DNA of 64,000 nt from an uncultured delta proteobacterium (GCA_963716725.1 CAVQUB010000012.1:279469-343468); one strand, 5' to 3'. Counted from the stretch's first letter, positions 30,681 through 41,084 are shown. The notes: generated by a model not told the origin, from the sequence alone. Made by a program: numbers and translations.

Positions 30681-31217
30681 TCACTCTCCGTTCGCCGCGC
30701 ATTTGCAGGCAGTCATGCGGGCCTCGTTCTTGCTCACGATGCTCTGAGCACGCTTGCAGCGCGCGTCGGCCTCGCCCGCGAGTCGGCACACGGCGACGGC
30801 AGCGCGCTTGAGCGACGCGAAGGCCTTGCAGGCGTTCACGCAGGGGTCTGGGGCCTCGCGTTGCGGCGTGGCGGTCGGCCGTGGCGCGGTGGAGTCCTTG
30901 GGTCTTGCGGGGCCATCCTGGGCGGTCTTGCCGGCCTTGTCGGCCGCGGGCTTCGGGTTCAGCTCCGCCTGCGCGCGGTCGAGGGCCGCTTCGGCCTCGG
31001 CGATGCTCGCGAAGGCGTTCTCGTCGGTGCTGGACGCACCCCCCAGGGGCTCAGGCGGCGGGGGGCTGGGTGGCTCCTCCGTCGAACCCGGCTGCTGGAC
31101 GTAGCCAGGGAGCGGGCTGGGCGATTCGGGTTCGGCAGCGGGAGCCTTTGACGGCGTGGCGCAGCCCGGAGCGCAGGTGAAAACCAAGCCAACCAGGACG
31201 ACGTGACGGGTGCGCAT
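30681..31217 (-). CDS. Lipoprotein with 6-Cys C-terminal domain (paralog A)
   Basis: Lipobox-like APGC; CVNACKAFASLKRAAVAVCRLAGEADARC...ACKC. Confidence 0.75.
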   Translation of the reverse strand: MRTRHVVLVGLVFTCAPGCATPSKAPAAEPESPSPLPGYVQQPGSTEEPPSPPPPEPLGGASSTDENAFASIAEAEAALDRAQAELNPKPAADKAGKTAQDGPARPKDSTAPRPTATPQREAPDPCVNACKAFASLKRAAVAVCRLAGEADARCKRAQSIVSKNEARMTACKCAANGE

Positions 31218-31295
31218 GCCTTCGGTCTCGAGCGTACAATCGGTGAGACGGTTCAGGGGCGGAATCGATGGGTGTTTTCTTCACCCTGCGCGAGA

Positions 31296-31352
31296 GCAGG
31301 CCCGCGCGGACACACGACCGAGGTACAACGGTTGGAGTCCGGCGGGCCTTGC
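31296..31352. terminator. Long imperfect hairpin downstream of the thiolase gene
   Basis: GCAGGCCCGCGCGGAC ... GTCCGGCGGGCCTTGC with an inner ACCG/CGGT stem; no clear U-tract. Confidence 0.35.
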
Positions 31353-31362
31353 ACCGCATCGG

Positions 31363-32562
31363 TCAGTTGATCGCGTCGGGTCGGCGGTAGATGGTGACGA
31401 CGGCCGCGCCACCGAGACCGAGGTTGTGCTGGAGCGCGACTTTGGCGCCGTCGACCTGGCGTTTTTCGGACAGGCCGCGGAGCTGCCAGTTGAGCTCTGC
31501 GCACTGCGCGAGGCCCGTCGCGCCCAGGGGATGGCCCTTCGAGATCAGTCCGCCGGAGGGGTTGACGACGACCTTGCCACCGTAGGTCACGGCGCCGGAG
31601 TCGATCAGCTCGCCACCCTTGCCGATGGGGCACAGGCCGAGGGCCTCGTAGGTGATGAGCTCGTTGGTGCTGAAGCAGTCGTGCAGCTCGACGACATTCA
31701 GGTTCTCCGGGCCTAGCCCCGATTGCTCGTAGGCCGTTTGGGCTGCCTTTCGGCTCATGTCCCAGCCCACGATCTTGAGGCAGCTCCGTTCGTCGAAGGA
31801 GCTTCCGAGGTCGGTCACCATCGACATGCCCGCGATCTCGACGGCCTTGTTCTCGAGCTTGTGCTGCTTCACGAACTCGGCGCTGGCCAAGATGGCAGCT
31901 CCGGCGCCGTCCGAGGTCGGGCAGCATTGGAGCTTGGTGAGCGGCGCGTAGACCTCTTTGGCGTTCAGGATGTCCTCGAGCGAGTATTCGTCTTGGAACT
32001 GCGAGTAGGGGTTGTTCACCGAGTGCTTGTGGTTCTTCCAGCCGACTTTGGCGAACTGCTCGGCGGTGGTCCCGTACTTCTCCATGTGCTCGCGCCCAGC
32101 GTTTCCGAACAGCTGCGGGGCCGGCGGCGCCGGAGCGAACTCCCGGAGCTCCATCATCAGCATCATGTGCTTGTCCAGGGGGTTCACGCGATCCATGAAC
32201 TTGGCGCCCAGGGAGCCCTTTTCCATCTTCTCGAACCCGACGGCCATCACACAGTCGGCCAGGCCGCCTTCGACCAGCTGCTTGGCCAAGAACAGCGCCG
32301 TCGACCCGGTCGAGCAGTTGTTGTTGACGTTGTAGATGGGGATGCCGGTCAGCCCGAGCTGGTACAGCGCGCGCTCACCGCTCGTGCTCTCGCCGTAGAC
32401 GTAGCCGGCCGCGGCCTGTTGGATCTTGGTGTACGGGATGCCCGCGTCGGCGAGGGCTTTCTCGCCGGCTTCTTTCACCATGTCCGGGTAGTCCCACTCC
32501 TTGGAGCCCGGCTTCTCGAACTTCGTCATCCCGACGCCGACTACGTAGACTTTCCTGCCCAT
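31363..32562 (-). CDS. SCP-x type thiolase ('lipid-transfer protein')
   Basis: [61 protein letters not shown]. Confidence 0.95.
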   Translation of the reverse strand: MGRKVYVVGVGMTKFEKPGSKEWDYPDMVKEAGEKALADAGIPYTKIQQAAAGYVYGESTSGERALYQLGLTGIPIYNVNNNCSTGSTALFLAKQLVEGGLADCVMAVGFEKMEKGSLGAKFMDRVNPLDKHMMLMMELREFAPAPPAPQLFGNAGREHMEKYGTTAEQFAKVGWKNHKHSVNNPYSQFQDEYSLEDILNAKEVYAPLTKLQCCPTSDGAGAAILASAEFVKQHKLENKAVEIAGMSMVTDLGSSFDERSCLKIVGWDMSRKAAQTAYEQSGLGPENLNVVELHDCFSTNELITYEALGLCPIGKGGELIDSGAVTYGGKVVVNPSGGLISKGHPLGATGLAQCAELNWQLRGLSEKRQVDGAKVALQHNLGLGGAAVVTIYRRPDAIN

Positions 32563-32673
32563 CGGTCTCTCCCTGGTTCTCGAGCGGGTGGCGCCCCGGA
32601 GGGGTGCGCTCCAGTGCTCGCGCTTGTGTTCGGATACGCCATCGACCGAGGGCAGGCAAGTCCGTCCAGGTCG

Positions 32674-34053
32674 TCACTGCACGCCGCAGCCGCACCATGG
32701 ATCTTCCTTCGCCTCTTTGGCGCAAATGAAGTCCCACTTGCCCGAGGTGCAGCAGTAGGCGTCGCGCTTGCAGACGTGAGCCGCGCACTCCGAGCAGTTC
32801 GCAGCGAGCGCGGGACCGGCCTCGCACTCGCTGTGGCCGCAGGACGACGGACCACCCGCACACACACCCCGGCAGGCGCCGATGGACTCGCCCGCGAGGT
32901 CCACGCACGAGGCGTCCCACTTGCCTTTGACGGGATCGCAACACGACGGCTTGACCAGACAGACCTGGTCCGCGCAAGGGCTGCAGTCTTTGGTGAGCGC
33001 GGCGCCCGTTTGGCATTCGCCGTGGCCACAGGCCTTGGGGGGGCCATCGGCCTTGTTCGTCGGAGGCAACCCGCAGGTCACGCTGCGTGGAGCCCCGGTC
33101 AGCAGCTTGGCTGCCTTGCCCTTGTCGTCGACGGCGTAGGCGTAGATGGTGTGTTTCTTGCCGTCTTTGAGCGTTGCGGGGACTGGCGTCGAGAATCCGT
33201 GCTTCGAAGAACCAAGTTTCTTCGCGAGGTCGCCGCGCTCGGCGTCCGCCTTCAGCGTGAGCTTTTTGGCGTTGGCGTTGGTGATGGGAGCGTCGAAGGT
33301 GAGCACGACGTCGATGGAGGCTTTGCCCGCGTCCGGGTCGTGGGCCCAACCCTCGAGCCCATCGTTGCAACTGGATTTCTCGAGCTGGCCCTTGGGTGGC
33401 GCGTTCTTCGACTCTTCTTCCACGCCCTTGCGACGGATTGCGATGTACGAGCTGCCGAAGCTCCGCGCTTTGTGGATGCAACCGGTCTTGCAGCCAGCGC
33501 ACTCGTAGGCCATGGCCTTGCCGCCGCCGGTCCAGCTCTCGAAGATGACGATGTGGCCCTTGCCACCCGAGTTGTAGACCAGCGCGTCTCCGGCCCTCAG
33601 CTCGCTTTTCTTGATCGGGTACCAGTGGGTCTTCTCGTAGCGGAAGTTGTAGGTGGAGTAGGGGTGGCGATCGATCTTGGGCGACCCCTCATTCGGTACC
33701 TGCCAGGCCTGGGCGACGAACCCCGAGCAGTCGGCGCCGTACTCCACGCCGCCCTTGGGAGACGCCGAGTGGCTGCACTTGCCGCAGGAGCCGGTGCACT
33801 TGCCGGGGTGACTCTTGCCGTTCGGGTCCCAGCGTCCGTGACCCCACCAATACGAGTAGCCAACTCCACTCGCGGCGAGGGCGATGATCTCGCCGGAGCT
33901 CATGGCCGCGGTGACGGCTTCTTGCGCGGTGGCGAGGTCCTCCTCTTCACCGGACTCCGCGACCTGAATGGCGCAACCCGCGGAGATCAGGGTCAGAGCG
34001 ACCAGGGCGGCGGCGAGTCCGAACAGCCGGCGCCGATCAAAAGCAGCGGTCAT
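32674..34053 (-). CDS. Lipoprotein: NlpC/P60 peptidase + Ig-like domain + two Cys-rich repeats
   Basis: Lipobox SAGC; YWWG, GADCSGFV, GDALV, GHIVI; GWAHDPD Ig-like domain; two CGH.EC..G.AL...C..CA..VC.....CC...KWD..C repeats. Confidence 0.8.
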   Translation of the reverse strand: MTAAFDRRRLFGLAAALVALTLISAGCAIQVAESGEEEDLATAQEAVTAAMSSGEIIALAASGVGYSYWWGHGRWDPNGKSHPGKCTGSCGKCSHSASPKGGVEYGADCSGFVAQAWQVPNEGSPKIDRHPYSTYNFRYEKTHWYPIKKSELRAGDALVYNSGGKGHIVIFESWTGGGKAMAYECAGCKTGCIHKARSFGSSYIAIRRKGVEEESKNAPPKGQLEKSSCNDGLEGWAHDPDAGKASIDVVLTFDAPITNANAKKLTLKADAERGDLAKKLGSSKHGFSTPVPATLKDGKKHTIYAYAVDDKGKAAKLLTGAPRSVTCGLPPTNKADGPPKACGHGECQTGAALTKDCSPCADQVCLVKPSCCDPVKGKWDASCVDLAGESIGACRGVCAGGPSSCGHSECEAGPALAANCSECAAHVCKRDAYCCTSGKWDFICAKEAKEDPWCGCGVQ

Positions 34054-35045
34054 GGCGTCACCTTCACGAAGCTGACGCTGCTCGCCGACAGCTTCATCAC
34101 GTAGACGTTGCCGTCGTGTCCGCGCTTCACGCTACGAAAGACGTCTTCGACACTCTCCGAATGGGGCAAGACCAGGCGGTGTTTCTCGTGTCCGCTCGAG
34201 TCGATGATGACCAAACTCGCGCTCTCCAGGGGAGGCACCTCAGGATTGATCTGCTCTGATTCGGTGACGACGCCCAGCAACGCGCCGCCGCCCTTGCGGC
34301 TGGCGAGCAACGACCGACGCGCAACGCGCTCCCCGAAGGCGACTTCGCCGAGCACGCTTGGATCGCCCTCGGGCAACGCGATTCGGAACAACGCGACGCG
34401 CTGGGGCTCCGCGAGCTCCGCCTTGAGGGCGTTCTTGCCGTCCAACGCTTGACCGGGCACGACGCTCGCGGTGACGGCAGCGCCGTTGGCGCTCGCGACG
34501 TGAACCATGTAGTCGTCGCCGATCTCGACGTAGAATCCGTCGTCGTGCTTCGCGAGCGCGGTGATCGCCGACGGCTGGGGGATCTCGCTGCTCTCGAGCG
34601 GCAGCTCGCTCTGCACCTGTCCGCCGGCGCTGATGAAGACGATGGCGCTCGGTGTGTGCACGTCCAAGAGCGCGTAGCCGTCGCTCCCGAACAGCTCGAT
34701 GTCATCGAAGGCGCGAGGCGGGATCGCAACGCTGCCGGTGAGCTTGCCTCCCGCGAACTTCTGAATGCGCTCGTTCTCTTGATCGAGGACGTGGATGGCG
34801 CCGCTCGCGTCGACCACGAAGCTCTTGGGCCCTTCGGGCAGCCCCTCCTCGGGGATGTTCTGACCGAGTTGGCCATCCGCTTTGCCGCGGCCTGCTTCCA
34901 GCACAGGTGAAATCGACGGTGGCGCGTCGACTTCCGTGCTCGAAGGAAGCTCCTTCTTCGAACAGCTCACCACGGCAACCAGCGCGAGCACGATGCTCGC
35001 TCGTCGTGTCCCCCGGGACTCGAATCGTTGGTGGAACGGCCTCAT
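34050..35045 (-). CDS. Lipoprotein, probable beta-propeller (NHL-like)
   Basis: Lipobox VVSC; EGPKSFVVDASGAIHVLDQENERIQKF; DGNVYVM; stop overlaps the next ATG. Confidence 0.65.
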   Translation of the reverse strand: MRPFHQRFESRGTRRASIVLALVAVVSCSKKELPSSTEVDAPPSISPVLEAGRGKADGQLGQNIPEEGLPEGPKSFVVDASGAIHVLDQENERIQKFAGGKLTGSVAIPPRAFDDIELFGSDGYALLDVHTPSAIVFISAGGQVQSELPLESSEIPQPSAITALAKHDDGFYVEIGDDYMVHVASANGAAVTASVVPGQALDGKNALKAELAEPQRVALFRIALPEGDPSVLGEVAFGERVARRSLLASRKGGGALLGVVTESEQINPEVPPLESASLVIIDSSGHEKHRLVLPHSESVEDVFRSVKRGHDGNVYVMKLSASSVSFVKVTP

Positions 35046-35191
35046 TGGTACCTCGTTTCGGGACCGTCGGCACAACGGCCCCTACATCGATCTACCATCG
35101 CTCACAGACAACCACCTAGGTCTACAATTTTCTCGTGGTGACGGATCGATGCTGGGCTCGCGTCGAGCGAGCTATCCTCGTCGGTTGGCAG

Positions 35192-36250
35192 ATGACGGCG
35201 ACACCCACGCGACCACCACGCTCCGGGGGCGGAGCCAGCATCGTGCTTGCGTGCGTGGTGGCGGTGACCGGTGCGGCGGCGATTCAGCTGCTGTGGGTGT
35301 TGCAGGTCCCGCTCACGCCCTTGGTATTCGCTGTGCCGGTCGCGTTGGGCGCCGCCTTTGGCGTGTTGATCGTGAGGATCCGCCGTGCGGTCCAGCGAGA
35401 GCGGCAACTTGCAGCCTTGCTCGCCGATCGCGAGGCGGCCCTCGCCGAGCTCAACCGTGAGCTGGAGGCCAAGGTCCTCCAGCGCACCCGAGACCTCGAG
35501 CAAGCCCACACTCAGCTCGTCCACGCGCAGAAGCTGGAGTGCCTAGGGAGCGTCGCCGGCAGCGTCGCTCACGACTTCAACAACATGCTGACGATCATGG
35601 TCGGATGCACGGCGGAGCTCGAGCTGCGTGTTGCAGGAGAACCCACCGCAGAGTCCACGCTCGCCGAGCTGAGTGGCGCGTGCGATCGCGCTCGGCAGAT
35701 CACTCGTCAGCTCTTGCTCTTCAGTCGCAGAGAGCAAGCGCAGACGACCGTGGTGAAGCTGAGCGCGATGCTCGAAGCTCTACACCCGATGCTGACCCGG
35801 CTGGCGGGACCGGAGTTGGACGTGCGGGTGGTGACGGAGACCGACCAGGCCGTGGTTTGCGATCAGAGCCAGCTCGAACAAGTGGTCGTCAATCTCGTGG
35901 TCAACGCCCGCGACGTTGGCGCTCGGAATGTCGAGCTGACGGTGGGCCAGTGCGGCGCGTCCGAGTCGGAGGGCCCCATGGCGCGACTGTCAGTCCGCGA
36001 CGATGGGCCGGGAATGAGTCCGGAGATCTTGCGCCGAGCCCGCGAGCCCTTCTTCACGACCAAGGCGCCCGGCAAGGGCACGGGCTTGGGGCTGTCGGTG
36101 GCGGACGGCGTCTTGCGCGCATTTGGCGGCAACTTGGAACTCGCGAGCACCCTTGGCGCTGGCACTACGGTGATCTTGCGCATGCCCGCGGTTGCGGGTG
36201 GTGCCGAGGTCGCCGTTTCGCCGCGAAGTCAGCGGCGCGCGACGATGTAG
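35192..36250 (+). CDS. Membrane sensor histidine kinase
   Basis: 2 TMs; H-box VAHDFNNML; N-box QVVVNLVVNARD; DDGPGM; PFFTTK; GTGLGL. Confidence 0.92.
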   Translation: MTATPTRPPRSGGGASIVLACVVAVTGAAAIQLLWVLQVPLTPLVFAVPVALGAAFGVLIVRIRRAVQRERQLAALLADREAALAELNRELEAKVLQRTRDLEQAHTQLVHAQKLECLGSVAGSVAHDFNNMLTIMVGCTAELELRVAGEPTAESTLAELSGACDRARQITRQLLLFSRREQAQTTVVKLSAMLEALHPMLTRLAGPELDVRVVTETDQAVVCDQSQLEQVVVNLVVNARDVGARNVELTVGQCGASESEGPMARLSVRDDGPGMSPEILRRAREPFFTTKAPGKGTGLGLSVADGVLRAFGGNLELASTLGAGTTVILRMPAVAGGAEVAVSPRSQRRATM

Positions 36251-37050
36251 GCCAGCCAACCGGGCTGGTTCTTCGCGCGCAGGCGCGGGCGGAAGAGCTC
36301 GTCGTCGTCTTCGCCCTTCGAGCAGTCCCAGTACACGTTCACATCGGAGAAGCCCGCCTCGGACAGCAGCTCTTGCAGCTCCGGCAGCGTCCAGAAGCGC
36401 CAGTGATAGCTGAACGCCTTCTGCAGCTTGGAGCCGTTCTTGAACTCGAAGTGGATGTAGTTCACGACCTCGTGAGTGATCGGATCGAACTGGTTCTGAT
36501 CCCACACGTAGGTGAACCCGCCCTTGATACGGCGCCGCTCCTCCATTGGTTGCTGGGATTCCCAGCCGCCGTAGGCGTCGAGCACGAAGAACGAGTCCTT
36601 GCCGAGCAACCTGCGCACGTGGGCGAAGTAGGCACGGATCTCGTCGCGGGTGCGGAACACCCAGTAGCTGAAGTTGAAGGCGCAGATGACGTCGAACTTG
36701 CTCCGCACTGGATCGCGGACGTCCTGTCGCAGAAGGTCGACGCGATCGCTGGCGTCGCCCAGAGGAGCCACGTTGTGGCGCTTGCCCCAAGCCAGCACCT
36801 TGGAGTCGATGTCGACACCGGTGGCGGTCCGGCTCTCGTCTCTGTTCACCCACTCCGAGCAGATCAGCGCCGAGCCGCAGAAGTCCTCGAGGAGGGTGGT
36901 GGGACGTCGGCGATAAATCGAGCGGTAGACGTGGTCGATGAAGTCGACCTCGACCTTCGCGTCCTGCACGCTGAGCTGATAGAGCACGTGCTTGTCCGCG
37001 TTCTTGGCGGTGATCGCGGGCTTCTTCTTGCTTCGGGTCTTTTTTGCCAC
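36229..37050 (-). CDS. Class I SAM-dependent methyltransferase
   Basis: LYQLSVQ, EDFCGSA, GVDID, FDVICAFNFSY, WRFWTLPEL; GTG start inferred. Confidence 0.82.
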   Translation of the reverse strand: MAKKTRSKKKPAITAKNADKHVLYQLSVQDAKVEVDFIDHVYRSIYRRRPTTLLEDFCGSALICSEWVNRDESRTATGVDIDSKVLAWGKRHNVAPLGDASDRVDLLRQDVRDPVRSKFDVICAFNFSYWVFRTRDEIRAYFAHVRRLLGKDSFFVLDAYGGWESQQPMEERRRIKGGFTYVWDQNQFDPITHEVVNYIHFEFKNGSKLQKAFSYHWRFWTLPELQELLSEAGFSDVNVYWDCSKGEDDDELFRPRLRAKNQPGWLAYIVARR

Positions 37051-37173
37051 GTTGGTTTCACTCGGTGTGAAGGCGCGGGCTTCGTACAGCCAGTGCCGTG
37101 CCGACGCAAACATCTTCTCGGGCCACGCGGCGCTCGGCTCGACGCCCTGCGCCGTCGGCTGCCTCGTCGGCGA

Positions 37174-39117
37174 CTACTTGTCCATCACGACGATGCCGAA
37201 TTCAGGATCGTCGTAGAGCTTGTCGAAGGTTGCGGCGAACTTCTTCTCGACGTTCTTCCGCTTGACCTTGAGCGTCGGGGTGATCTCGTCCTCGTCGATG
37301 GAGAACTCTCGGTCGAGTAGGTACACACGCTTGACCTGCTCCACGCGCGAGAGCCTCTGATTGCCTTGATGCACCGCCTCGGCGATCCGCTGGCGCAGCT
37401 CGGGGTGTGCGGTGACCTTCGCCATCAGCGCTTCGAGCCCGTCGGGACGAGCCAGCGGGTTTTCCATCAACGCCCGCTTCATGCGCGTCGCCTCGGCTTC
37501 GTCGGGGCCAATGCCCTTTTGCACGGCCCAATCGATGGACTCGATGGGGCTCACCGAGACGATGGCGGTCACGTAGGCCCGGGTATCGCCGTGGGCGTGC
37601 ACGTGGCTGATGAGCGGGTCGTGGTGCTTGATCTCGTTCTCGATGTTGGCCGGGGTCAGGTTCTTGCCGCCGGCGGTGATGATGATGTGCTTCTTGCGAT
37701 CGACGATGTAGAGGAACCCGTCGGCGTCCCGCTTGCCGACGTCGCCGGTGTGCAGCCAGCCGTCGGCGTCGATGGTCTCGGCGGTGGCCTCCGGGGCCTT
37801 GTAGTAGCCCTGGAACACCGTCTTGCCGCGGATCAAGATCTCGCCGTCCTCGGCTAGCTTGTCTTCGACGAAGCTCAGAGGTTTGCCCACCGAGCCCAGG
37901 CGGATGGCGCCCGGGCGATTGGCGTGCGTCACCACCGTCGCTTCGGTCATGCCGTAGACCTCGAAAATGGGGAAGCCCGCGGCCCAGAAGAACTCGATGA
38001 TCTTGCGCGGGATGGGCGCGGCGCCAGTGACGAAGTAGCGGACCCTCCCGCCGAACACCGCTCGCAGCTTGGAGAACACGAGCTTGTCGGCCAGGGCGTG
38101 CTTCAGCTTGAGCCCCAGTGGGATGGGCTTGCCGGCCTGCCACAAGCCCACCACCTCGTGCCCCACGCTCTCTGCCCAGCGGAAGGCCTTCTGCTTGCCG
38201 GGCGGCGCTTTCTGCACCTCGGCCTGGATGCGTGCGTAGGCCTTCTCGAAGATGCGCGGCACGCTGCCGAAGATCGTGGGCTGGACCTCCTTCACCTCCT
38301 CGAGCACGGCCGGAACGCTGGTGGCGAACGCGGTGGCGGTGCCGAAGTTGATCCGTCCGTAGAAGGCGAGCACTCGCTCGGCGACGTGGGCCATGGGCAA
38401 GAAGCTGAGCCCGCAATCGTTCTCGTCGAACTCGATGACCGTGGCGCTGCTCAGCAGCGTGAGGATGTTTTCGTGGGAGATCATCGCGCCCTTTGGCGGT
38501 CCCGTGGTCCCGCTGGTGTAGACGATGATCGCCGTGGCCTGAGAGTCCACCTTGGCGACCTGCTCGTCGAGACGCCCTCGGTCGGGCTTTGCCTGTAAGG
38601 CGGCGGAGAAGGGCTCCACCCAGGTTTCGCGTTTCAGGACCTGCTCGAGCCCGCGGGACTCCCAAATCAAAGCGCGCTCGAGCTTGGGCAGCTGCGCCTT
38701 GTGCTCGATCAGCTTCGCGAGCTGTTCTTCGTCTTCGACGATCACGAAGCGCGAGTCCGAGTGCTCGACGATGTAGGCGAGCTGCTCCGATGTCAGCGTC
38801 GGATAGGCGCCTACGGTGACTGCGCCCGCCAGCAGCCCGCCAATGTCGGCGATGCACCACTCGGGGCGCGTGCTGCCGACGATGGTGATCTTGTCTCCGG
38901 GCCTGAGCCCCGCATCCATCAGCCAGCACGCCAGCGAGGCGGCGGCTTCGTAGAAGTCGCGCCAGGTGGACTCGACCCACTTCCCGTCGAGCTTGCGCTT
39001 GTACGCCATGGCGTGCGGCGAGCGATCGACGCGACCGAGAAACAGCTCCGGCAGCGTCTTGCAGCTCGGGGTCACTGGCCTCGAGGGATGAACGGGAGGG
39101 CGAACGCGGTCGAGCAT
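37174..39117 (-). CDS. Long-chain fatty acid-CoA ligase
   Basis: YTSGTTGPPKG, LPMAHVAER, YGMTE, GWLHTGDVG, DRKKHII, TPTLKVKR. Confidence 0.95.
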   Translation of the reverse strand: MLDRVRPPVHPSRPVTPSCKTLPELFLGRVDRSPHAMAYKRKLDGKWVESTWRDFYEAAASLACWLMDAGLRPGDKITIVGSTRPEWCIADIGGLLAGAVTVGAYPTLTSEQLAYIVEHSDSRFVIVEDEEQLAKLIEHKAQLPKLERALIWESRGLEQVLKRETWVEPFSAALQAKPDRGRLDEQVAKVDSQATAIIVYTSGTTGPPKGAMISHENILTLLSSATVIEFDENDCGLSFLPMAHVAERVLAFYGRINFGTATAFATSVPAVLEEVKEVQPTIFGSVPRIFEKAYARIQAEVQKAPPGKQKAFRWAESVGHEVVGLWQAGKPIPLGLKLKHALADKLVFSKLRAVFGGRVRYFVTGAAPIPRKIIEFFWAAGFPIFEVYGMTEATVVTHANRPGAIRLGSVGKPLSFVEDKLAEDGEILIRGKTVFQGYYKAPEATAETIDADGWLHTGDVGKRDADGFLYIVDRKKHIIITAGGKNLTPANIENEIKHHDPLISHVHAHGDTRAYVTAIVSVSPIESIDWAVQKGIGPDEAEATRMKRALMENPLARPDGLEALMAKVTAHPELRQRIAEAVHQGNQRLSRVEQVKRVYLLDREFSIDEDEITPTLKVKRKNVEKKFAATFDKLYDDPEFGIVVMDK

Positions 39118-39126
39118 GGGGGGAGC

Positions 39127-40362
39127 CTAGTGCGTCTTCGATCCAGAAGGAGCAGCGAGATTGCAGCGGATCCGCGCCGCCCAGGTGCGATGGTCGGCCG
39201 TGAAGGCCAACAAGATGCCTTCGCCGGCCGCAGACAGGGAGGCGTTGGCAAAGGCCTTCGAGCGCGCGATCACCCTCGAAGGCCCGAGTCCCCCGGCCCC
39301 GATGGCTGCGAGGTGGAGCTCTTGGGTCGATCCAGGTTTCGCGTCGGCAGGCCTGGCGTACGCGAGCCAGCTCTCGCCACAGGCGTGCGCCGTCGTGACC
39401 GGCGCGGGGTCGAGGCCATTCGGGTACATGCGCCACGTCACAGGCGCTCCCATCATCGGGCGCTCGCCGACTTGGATGGCAGCGAGGCCGAAGCCCGTCA
39501 CGTCGCGCTCGATGGCGGCAAAGCCCCAAACCTCTCCGCTCGGGCTCGGGGCGCCGACCACCTCGGTGAGGGACTGGGCCGAGCCGCCGATCCAGACCAC
39601 GACGTCCGGATCGAGCGCGACCTTGCCGCCCGGATCAATCACCCGACGCGCATGCACCGGGCTCATACCGCTGCGGCCTTCCAGCGTCAGGGCCATGGTG
39701 CCGGCGGGCGTGTCGACCAGAGCGACGCTGCTGGCGGCAGCGCCCTCCGGCGAGAGTCGAAGTGTCGCGCCGCTCGTGGTCCACAGCCTCGCTGTCGCGT
39801 CGGCGTCTGCGCTGGCAGGGCGGGCAATGTACGCGACGAGGGGCTGGCCGTTCATGAGGCCGGCGGCGACTCGGGTTCCATCCCGAGCGTCTTCGGTGAG
39901 CACTTCTTCGCGGCTGCCCGTGAGCGGCTTTCTGATCAGCCGCCCCTTGGAAATCCAGTACGCGAAGTCCCCGGCGACGGCCGGTCCGCGTGCGAAGGGC
40001 GAGAACGACCCGGCGTCGAGCGGCACGGGCTCGAGGGGGACCTTTGGCTTCTTTTGCAGCGCCACCAGCCGCACTTCGCCGTCCCGAGTGATCATCACGA
40101 CACCGCGCGCGGTGGCGGTGGCAGGCCCGGCAGGCCCGATGTCGTCGAGTTCCACGTTTTCGCTAGCGCTGGCGTCTCGGGAGGCTCCCGCGTCGAGCGG
40201 CTCGTCCCTTTCGACGCTCGCTGCGCTCGGGGCGGGCCGCGGCGCGCTGGCCTGGGGTTTCGCCGTGGCGCTCTCGGCCGGCGGCACCGGCTTCGGTCGC
40301 TCGCGCTGGCAGGCGACGAGCCCGATCAAAACCAGACTCCACCCCGCGAAGTTCGATCGCAT
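39127..40362 (-). CDS. Hypothetical lipoprotein (beta-rich)
   Basis: Lipobox LVAC; Pro/Ala linker then ~330 aa globular region. Confidence 0.65.
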   Translation of the reverse strand: MRSNFAGWSLVLIGLVACQRERPKPVPPAESATAKPQASAPRPAPSAASVERDEPLDAGASRDASASENVELDDIGPAGPATATARGVVMITRDGEVRLVALQKKPKVPLEPVPLDAGSFSPFARGPAVAGDFAYWISKGRLIRKPLTGSREEVLTEDARDGTRVAAGLMNGQPLVAYIARPASADADATARLWTTSGATLRLSPEGAAASSVALVDTPAGTMALTLEGRSGMSPVHARRVIDPGGKVALDPDVVVWIGGSAQSLTEVVGAPSPSGEVWGFAAIERDVTGFGLAAIQVGERPMMGAPVTWRMYPNGLDPAPVTTAHACGESWLAYARPADAKPGSTQELHLAAIGAGGLGPSRVIARSKAFANASLSAAGEGILLAFTADHRTWAARIRCNLAAPSGSKTH

Positions 40363-40487
40363 GGCCCTGTTTGCCACACTTCGCCGTCGCGGTCAGAGCA
40401 ACCAGAGCGGGGCGAGGATTCCGAGTCTTTTTCTGCGGCCTGTGCGTTTCGCTTTGCAGCCGGGCGCGCCGGCGCTATCGCCGACCC

Positions 40488-41084
40488 ATGCTCGATGCGC
40501 GCTTGGGTTCACTCGGTCTTGTCATCGCGAGTCTCTTGGGCGGATGCGCGACGTGCCCGCCCTGCGAGAGCAAGCTGGCCAAGGCGGAGACCTGCTCCGC
40601 CACGGATACGCCCTCGTCGGGCGAGCCGACGGCTGCTCCGGTCGCCGCGCCGTCGCCCGCGCCGTCCGCGCCCGCGGCGGCTCTGCCGCCCGCGCCGAGC
40701 TCCGCGCCCCCGCCATCGGATCCACCGGCCGCTCCCGCGGGATCATTGCCCGAGGTGAAGGTCTCGGCCGTCGGGCTGCACATCGGTGGTGGTCCCAACG
40801 ACGACGCGACGAAGGCGCCCTATCTGCGAGCCATCGAGAAGAGCTTCGACGCGTTTCGCGGGTGTTTCACCAAAGTCGAAGATCCCGTGAAGGCAGGCAC
40901 CTTCGGCGTGGATCTGCACATTGGCCGGGAGGGCGGCCGGGCGCTGGTGAAGCAACCGCGCACCGGCATGAAGGGGGCGGGCTTCCGTGACTGCGTGCTC
41001 AAGGCCTTCGAGCAGGTAGAGTTCGAAAAGCCGAAGAAAGGACCGACCGTCATCAGCTATTCCATCAAGTTCACTCTCGGCTGA
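40488..41084 (+). CDS. Lipoprotein with AgmX/PglI (TonB_C-like) C-terminal domain
   Basis: Lipobox LGGC; Pro-rich linker; FRGCF...G...VDLHIG..G...DCVLKAF...F.KP...ISYSIKF. Confidence 0.7.
   Translation: MLDARLGSLGLVIASLLGGCATCPPCESKLAKAETCSATDTPSSGEPTAAPVAAPSPAPSAPAAALPPAPSSAPPPSDPPAAPAGSLPEVKVSAVGLHIGGGPNDDATKAPYLRAIEKSFDAFRGCFTKVEDPVKAGTFGVDLHIGREGGRALVKQPRTGMKGAGFRDCVLKAFEQVEFEKPKKGPTVISYSIKFTLG

Noticed and set aside
31723..34104. 793-aa plus-strand ORF and similar long Arg/Ala-rich ORFs (e.g. 21954-23957, 37202-39529, 38701-40758)
   Set aside because: Antisense or alternate-frame shadows of well-supported genes, with no motifs
35085..35152. Imperfect CATCGATC/GATCGATG inverted repeat as an ncRNA or riboswitch
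   Set aside because: Short, and built on a common palindromic word; matches no RNA family I recognise
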